DNA of 64,000 nucleotides from Eledone cirrhosa (lineage: Eukaryota): contig OZ024742.1 of NCBI GenBank assembly GCA_964016885.1, forward strand, positions 111,848,001 to 111,912,000, read 5' to 3'. Position numbers and translations under genes: made by a program. Below, piece after piece: positions 56,097 to 64,000 of this stretch. Every line of letters starts with the position of its first letter. Position 1 is the stretch's first letter. A model generated the notes under the pieces. The model did no database searches, had not been told where the DNA came from, and saw nothing but the letters and a program-made list of their open reading frames with translations.

Positions 56097-59000
56097 ATAA
56101 CGGTCGCCTATTCAGATCACAAATTTGTGATCTGTACGGTCGACCTAAATAAAACGCGTAGTTAGGACCGGGTTACTGGAAACTGAACATGTCATTTCCG
56201 GCACGTAAGGCTTACAGGGATCAAGTCAACAATTTAGTTAAGCAAAAGTTGACAGGGGGGATCATCAACAACAGATGGCGGATGTGTCTCAAAAGAGAGA
56301 TTAGAGTAACTTCGATAGAGTTCAGCAAAGAACTAGCGTTAGAGAAAAATAGAAAGGAGGGGTAGCTGATAGATAAGTTAGACGAGGCAATTTGTAGTGA
56401 CATCGCAACTGACGTGATAGCGGCGAGAATGGCATTATACCATTTCTTCAATGCCAAACACGAAGGTTGCATTGTCAGAGCTAAGGCGCGTGCGCTGAGA
56501 AACGAGGGAACTAAAGCTGTTCGATGGGCCCGCGTGGCGGAGGCGCAGCGTGGTAATAAAACCACAATTCGGTCTTTGGCGGACCGAGACGGACACGAGA
56601 TAAGCGATTCCAAGCGGATGTGTGAGGCCTTTCGCCAGCACTTTGCTCGGTTGTTCAGGGAGACTGGCGAGTCAGAGAGAGTAGCGGATTTCAGTCCCTA
56701 CCTTGAGGGCTTGCCACGCATCTCCACGGTCGACGCTGAACGCTGCGAAAGGCCGATTACTTCAGCCGAAATTCAGGACGCCCTTGTCGGCTGCATGAGG
56801 CGCAAGTCACCCGGTTTGGATGGCCTGCCCTAAGAGCTTTACGTAAATATGCCAGACTTGTTCTCCGAACTTCTCGAAGCACTCTACTGCAACTGGCAGC
56901 AGAATGGGAGTATTCCCAGTTCTGTGAGCAGGGGAGTGGTGACGCTGATAAGGAAAGACGAGAACAAGAGGGATATATTAGACAACTTCAGGCCCATAAC
57001 TCTGCTCAACACAGAGTTTAAGATTTTGGCCAAGATGTTAGCAAAGAGATTGGCGCTTGTCGTTGAGGATTTGCTTGGAGAGGCGCAAACTTGCGCAATC
57101 CCAGCCAGGTCCATACACGACAATCTCCAGCTCATGCGATACATCATAGAGAGGGTAGGGTGTAAACCTGGCTTCGGTGGAGCACTGATCAATCTAGATC
57201 AATCGAAAGCATTCGATAGGGTCGACCATCGGCATCTGGAGTTTGTCCTCAAAGCAGCTGGCTTCGGCCTTGTCTTTAGAAGCTGAATCGTTGCAATGCA
57301 CAGCGGCACACGCTCGGTGGTCAAGGTTAATGGCCACATCTCGAAACCATTTCAGCTCTCCCGATCGGTCCGTCAAGGGAGCCCTCTCTCTTTCCTTCTG
57401 TACGTATTGACTCTCGAGCCATAACTGCGGAAGCTGGAGCTATTGCAGGGCATCCTGCTCGAACCGGGACGTGGAAAGGCGGTGTCGGTTTATGCGGACG
57501 ACATCACCGTGATGGTGTCGTATACCTCAGAAATCGAGGTGGTTGGCACCTTATTGAAGGAATATGAAAGGTTGACAGGAGCTAAACTTAACCCGGAAAA
57601 GTCGGTGGGCTTCCAGCTCGGAACCTGGAGAGGCAAGCCCATGCCGTCCAAGAGCGTCGTGGGGGCGCTGGACGGACGCACCGGTAAAGTTGCTCGGGGT
57701 TTGGTTCGGACCAGACCTCCAGGTGGAAAAGAATTGGGACGAGGTAACGAGCAGAGTAGCCAGTCTCACCCAAACATGGCCTGGGAGGAAGCTATCACTG
57801 AAAGTTCGCGCGGAGGTGGGGAATGCGTACATCGCGTCCGTCATCTATTACCGCCTAACCGTCGTGCCTTGCCCCCGTCCGCGCCTCGTCAAGTTTGAAC
57901 GGCTCCTCTTCAAATTCTTGTGGAAGGGACAAGTTCCGTTGGTGAGGCGGTCCATCTGCTGCCAGTACCCTCTATGCGGAGGGCTGGGCATGCCGTGGCT
58001 AATGATGCGCAGACATGCGTTGAGGCTGCGACATCTCCAGATATTCTGCCTCAACGGTGAATAGGTGTGGACGCTGTTTATCAGACGGGCCTTTCCGCAG
58101 CTCATTTCTTTGACTGAGCTGCAGTCCTGGGTCAAGAAGAGACCGAGACTGGGGGACTGGCACCTGGAATGTTGCCAGGCACTCACTGCCCTCTACCAAG
58201 CGGGCAATGCGATTAGTGGAACTTCCACTCTCGAGTTCTATAGAGGATTGGTGGTGGGCAAGTACGATGACGCACTCGGAGAGGCTTTGGGCCTCGACGA
58301 AGTCGAACTGACCAGTCTGTACCAGAGGACTTTTGAGCCGGGGACGATGGACAATTTCCAGAAATCCCTCGCTTGGCAGTGCTATCGGGGGGCACTGCCG
58401 GTTCGGGATAAACTCTACAGGCACGGAAGTGCTGTCAGTCGGACCTGCCCAAGATGCGCACAGAACGACGAAACCGTTCTGCACGCACTTGTCCAATGTC
58501 CGTGCATTACTGACTTGTGTAGTTATGTCGAACAGCTACTGTCGCGTGTGGAACGAATCCGGCTATCAGCCGAGTCCATAGTGAAGATCGAGCCGCCACC
58601 TTCCTTAGGTCAGGAAGAGCAGGACATTCTCCCCTGTCTGGTGGCAGTTGCGAAAGAGATTATATGGTGGACCAGGTTGAAAGGACTAAAGACAGGCACT
58701 TTTCTCTTCGGCCAATCTCTCATCAACTTCTTCAAGTTTCACCTGGAAAGGAAGGTGAGGGAGGAGAGAGAAGTGCTGCCCCCCAGTACATTTGCTAAAA
58801 GGTGGGTGAATGTGGCGAGAATGGTCGTGTGAATGGGCCTACACTGACCATGCGCCTATAGGCTAGCTAACTTGAAGAGAGCGGTGCTCTCCCTGGGTGC
58901 CCTAGAAGCGCAGGGTGGTTCTGGATTGGTGGGGTACCCAAATCACCCCAGGGTCGTCCACCCCCTATCGGGTAATTTATTTTGTTATATTTATGCATAG

Positions 59001-59140
59001 TTTATTTTATATTTTTATATTTTCATTGTTAAATTAGTATTGCCATTGTGCACTTTTACTCGACCTTATTGTAAACCCCCACTATCCCTGTCTTTGTATT
59101 GTCCCCTACATGTCGGCCCTTGTGGCTAATAAATGAAATC
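56097..59140 (+). mobile_element. 5'-truncated L1/Tx1-clade LINE (end of APE domain, RT, C-terminal CCHC), pseudogenised
   Basis: SDH..GPGYWKLN, KSPGLDGLP, NFRPITLLNTEFKILAK, LDQSKAFDRVDH, RQGSPLS, YADD, GGLGMP, CPRC..ETVLHALVQC. Several stops and frameshifts. (ATT)n flanks. Confidence 0.92.
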
Positions 59141-59163
59141 ATTATTATTATTATTATTATTAT

Positions 59164-59282
59164 TGTTCTTTGAGTCTCAGTTATTGATGTTAGTTAACTG
59201 GAAAGTTTGTTGAAATGAATATCAAGCCACTACCTGCTGCCTCAGATATTCAGGACGTATCGGAGGGTTCTTGCTGTTCCCA
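59164..59282 (-). mobile_element. 3' end of Dong/R4 family B
   Basis: Reverse complement of ~1648-1765. Confidence 0.85.
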
Positions 59283-59699
59283 TGGTATATCAAGTATGGT
59301 TTGCTCCGTATATTTTACTGATCTTCCCTTTCTTATTCTAAAGGTTATATTTTATTGCAAATATTCTGTTACACACACGTAATAGGTTACCAAACATTGT
59401 CTACAATGTGGGTCAGAGCCGAGAAGCCCAAATATCGGAACTTTTTTCTCCCTTTTCAGGCTGCCATAGTTTATAAACAAAACAGGAAGCAATTAGGCCC
59501 TCCTCTGCCAGCCAGGTGTCACGTGACAGCACTTCGCATTCGAGTCTAAAGTCTGCTAAGGCCGAACCAACACCAGTTACATGCAACAACACTGCAGAAT
59601 AGAAGACATGCCCCTCCCTGACATGGGTTCTAGCCGGCGTGGAGTACGAACTATTGACAACAAACAAGAAGAAACTAGAAATTTCGAAAAACATTGACC

Positions 59700-60605
59700 T
59701 CAAGCCCAAGACGATCTCCTGAACACAGAAGGTAAATTGGTGGCACTAAACGTGACCAGCAGTAAAGCATATGCTTTCAGGCAACTAATGGACTATGGGT
59801 TTCTTCCGGTCGGGTTTCTTCAGGTGCCATGGGACCGTCTAGGAACGTCCCACTCTTTACTGTTAGTGGGCGGATAGAACGGTCTTTAGCGTTATGTGTA
59901 TGACCTGAAAACGTCATAGAGCAATTAGTGTAGAAACTGTATTGTTTAGTAATAGAATAGCGATAGACAAAAGTAGACTAAAAGATGATGTAGAAGAAGC
60001 TTATATGAAGGTAACGCAACTGGTCTAGGCTCTTAACGAATTCTTCAACGAACGAATGCTGCGTTGTCAGGGCTAGTGCCATTGGTCCTCGACACAAGGG
60101 CTCGAAAATTGTTTGACGGACGTTAACGGTGGAGGTGCGTTGTGGGAACAAATTCCCAATCCGGGCTTTACTGAATCACAAAGCGCTTCATACTCGATCA
60201 TAAGTGGATTTGTGCAGCTTTTAGGAAGCACTTTGCTCAACTTCCGGAGCGGCATTTAGCCGGATTGTGAGATAGCCTGTAGTGGCTCTCGTGAATAGAG
60301 TGTTGCGAAAAGTCGAGACACACTACTTAGGTATAGGTGAGGATAACGAGATGCAGGGGTAGTAAATCGTATGGATTGGATGGTCTGCCCTATCAACTCC
60401 ACATGTTCAGGCCAAACTTGTTCAGTGACCTTTCGGCAGAGGTCTACTGCAAATGGCAGTAGAACGAGAGAATTCCAAATATTCTGAACGATGGGATGTG
60501 GTGCTGCTGGAAAAAAGATGCGAACAAGTGTGACCATATTGATAGATTTAGTCGTATATCACTGCTAAATTCAGAGTTTAAAACTTTTGCCAGGGTGTTA
60601 GCGCC
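59700..60605 (+). pseudogene. Old degraded Tx1-like LINE fragment
   Basis: EGKLVALNV, EVRCGNK..IRAL and HIDRFSRISLLNSEFKTFARVLA parallel the 56.5-57.05 kb segment. Confidence 0.6.
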
Positions 60606-62953
60606 GAGGAAAGTACCATATTGTTTCCTCCAAATTGTATGAGTTATTTGCGAGGCGTGTGTTTTATCAGACGCTCATTTCTTTGGGCAGTCTTCATACT
60701 GCTAGCTCTCTCGTTCGTTTTGTATATCCTGTTTTCCTATCATAGGACAGAAAACGATCTTGGACACAATTGTTTCCGATTCTATGCATACACATTCTTT
60801 GGATTTTTTAAAATGTTTTCTCCTATGTGAGTTGATTATGCAGTACGAAAATATCATGGATCCTGTGTTTTTCTTCATTCTGCACCCTTTCTGTCCACAT
60901 TCGTAGGACACTTGACACGTAGCTACTGTGTAGCACAAGGGCTTCGCATGATATTCACACGTTTTCTATTTGGTTTTCTTCAATTATACACTTTATTAAT
61001 ATTTTGTCAATGTGTATTTGCAGTTTTCTATACATTAGATAGTTTCCCCTGATCTTTTAAATGAGAGTAAATTCGTCTTTGATCTATGCACGTTTTCTAT
61101 ATAACTGTAATATTTTATTTTTATTTATGACTAGATATTGTTGTTAAAATACACGAAGTAATATATTAGAGAATTCAAATTCCAGTCAAAGCTCTACCCA
61201 TTTTGGTTATGCTAATATATAGAATTCTTGAGTTAGACAAATGAGAGTGTAATATTAATTCTGTCACGAATCTGTTGGCTTTCTAATTTTCCTTGTTAAT
61301 TCAATTAATATTATAAATATAGTTATTCCGCCATTCATGTTGTAATTAACATGTTCAATAAAATACCTATTACGCCACATGTAACATTTAATTAAGGGTG
61401 GAATATTAATCTCAAGCTCAATGATATTCTGTCTTAATCTTCATTACTCTCTGCATTGTTACTGTCCACTTGCTTCATTATATTTATGGCATTTTTGTGA
61501 TAGAATAACATCAGGCTGTATCATTTAATCCAGCAGGCTTCTATCACGTTTTTATATGACCTGTCTTTAATTGTTTGTATCATTCCTATTGAATATTTCC
61601 TAAACATGTTTCAAAAATTGGTTTCATAACCAGGAGTTCGATTTGAAATGCTCTTTATCAAAATATAATTGATATACTTCAATGTTGTTAAGGAAACATG
61701 CAACAATACATTTTCAGTGAAATGCTTTCTTCAACCCTGTTACGTCAAGGATTACTGCATTACAACCTTTTTCCAAGAAATTGGTCCATTTCGTGAATTT
61801 CAGACCTTTCCGAATCAATAACGTAATAAAGACGACAGCTTAATGTATGATCTGACAATGTTCCCGTCAATTCGAAATAATATGTTTGCATTGTTGATAA
61901 ATATTGAGGCACATTGCCTTTCTTAAGAGCAAACTGAAAGCATATCGATCGTAGTTAATATAATAATGATGGTGACATAATTACCATTAACATTTCAAAT
62001 ATTTACAATATTGAAGAGTGATTGACCAATGGAAGTGATTCCCGCACAACAAATAATTACGTTAATAAACTAATTATAAATGTATTTCAGAGAATTAATA
62101 TATCACTTACGTAATTCCTGGCAAGATGCTTCTGCCGCATACCTGCTGTTAATACTAAGAATACTACATACATTTATTTGGCAAAATATTTGTAAACAAA
62201 CATGTTGTTTTTATTATCATTCTCTGACGTCATAATTTTTATGTGTTGGACTTGTTATTTCTAAAAGATGTAGTATGCACATTTACACTTGCATACATTA
62301 CTGATACTATATATTCTCTGAATAACATTCAATAAGTATATATGGAAGAAATAGTAGTTTTCATAAAGTCTTTTAAATAGATGTGATCGTTTTAAATACA
62401 AATACAGGCCTTAAACGCAAACATAGCCTCCAGCCTAGCAGAAAAATTCTATACACTACGTATAGACAACTATTCATTGAATTGCTTTGATTCAGAAGAA
62501 ACATGTGAAATATAAAAATGGCATTTTTTTTCGAGTGACGCAGAAAAGAGATTTGAAAGACACGAAAAATCAAAGTAAATTCAAATATGTAAAGGAAAAT
62601 GCAATGCATATCAGTTATGATACATTTAAAAGAACGTTTAGCAAGAGTTTCGGGCTATAGTCATTGAAAAATATGCCATTTGTATGTATTTTTTCCACTT
62701 AAAAGAAATTACAAACATGACTTCAAAACTTCGCAATTAAATACATATAAATGTGTATTTACGAATATGTCCATGCATACACACACATACGCAAACACAT
62801 TATACATACATTTATTCATACATATATACATATATAAACACACACATATATGTACATACGTACATATTATATATAATGTTAAAATCACGACAGTAAATGT
62901 ATACGATTATCCTCATACGAATGAATATGTGTGTTTGAGCACATACCTTTGTG

Positions 62954-63015
<62 letters not shown>

Positions 63016-64000
63016 CGTGTGTGTGTATGTGTGTGTGTGCTTATAATTTGCTGTCAAATATTTGTTAATCAATTTCTATATCATATGCAATACTTTGTAT
63101 TTATCATTTTTATATCTTTAAATGAAAAACATATGAGAGTGTGCAACATTGAATTAAAACTTTATTTATACGTTTTAGATACGTTAGTGATATTAACTTT
63201 GCTTTCAGTTAAAATATTTTGGCTATTAAACGTTTCACATACAAATTCTCAAACATTGATTAAGTTTGTGAGTTGTAGACTTTATCAAAGTCTTAGTTAA
63301 TTGTTGCTAGAGAATATATATCGTTGCATTGTGACAGAATGAATAATATGTATCCTATAAGAATCATGGAACGGCATAGATAATGATGGTTGCCGGCATG
63401 CGTACGAGTATTAACCAGCTCATATTCTACTTCTTCCAGGCGTTTATGATGTCGAGTCCAAAATGCCACCCACCAGACACTGAAAACAATTCAATGTAGG
63501 ATGCATAACATTAGCAAGCGAAGATTATCCTGAAGAGTGCATGAGGATGTACAATCTACTGCGAGTTTTCGGAAGGGAAATAATCAGTTCAACACATATG
63601 CAACTGTGTATGTGGCATTTGCTTCTCTCTCTGTACTACTGTCAAGTCTTAGCATATGTATACGACACTATAAGATAAATAAATAAATAAATACATTATT
63701 CAGACTAATTCTTTAACAAGTATGAACCGCAGCGACTAACCCACTTGGTAATTTAATACCTTAGCCTACTGATAATCCCCAGAATTTTAGTAACTTTAGT
63801 ACCTCACGCACTCCGGTTACGTACAGAAATACTCGTGTACATCATAAATACTTTTATAAATACTTTCATAAATACTGTAGCAAATGGTCATTATGCAATC
63901 ACTTTGATGTCTTCGAAATACGTACAAGATTAGACAATAACTAGAGGATTTACAGTTAAAACTGCCTGTCTTTTTAATTACACACACACACACACACACA

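Noticed and set aside
56119-56140. Perfect palindrome CAGATCACAAATTTGTGATCTG
   Set aside because: Lies in the Tx1 endonuclease SDHKFVI coding segment; no sign of a separate function.

Overview
AT-rich eukaryotic DNA, inferred to be from an octopod cephalopod because of its tRNA-derived SINE and Dong/R4 LINE content. It consists almost entirely of retroelements inserted into microsatellites. No host gene is confidently visible, and the many YIYI/CVCV ORFs are translations of (TA)n/(TG)n. Main content: (1) about ten Penelope-like element (PLE; RT + GIY-YIG) insertions from several families, including one intact 773-aa ORF in a partial-tandem layout and a ~12.8-kb inverted-repeat insertion; (2) two non-coding ~440-490-bp tandem repeat families, each monomer carrying a type I hammerhead ribozyme (retrozyme-like); (3) about 20 hammerhead motifs found by eye, several non-canonical (CAGAAGA core, ~100-nt stem II inserts, mismatched 10.1-11.1 pair); (4) Dong/R4 and L1/Tx1 LINE fragments and SINEs clustered in (TAA)n; (5) a CRE-like fragment and a decayed mariner. 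Nearly every PLE or retrozyme insertion has an inverted copy of its own sequence, usually its 3' end, at its 5' side. Coordinates were counted by hand and boundaries are approximate. Family assignments come from motif recognition, not database searches.
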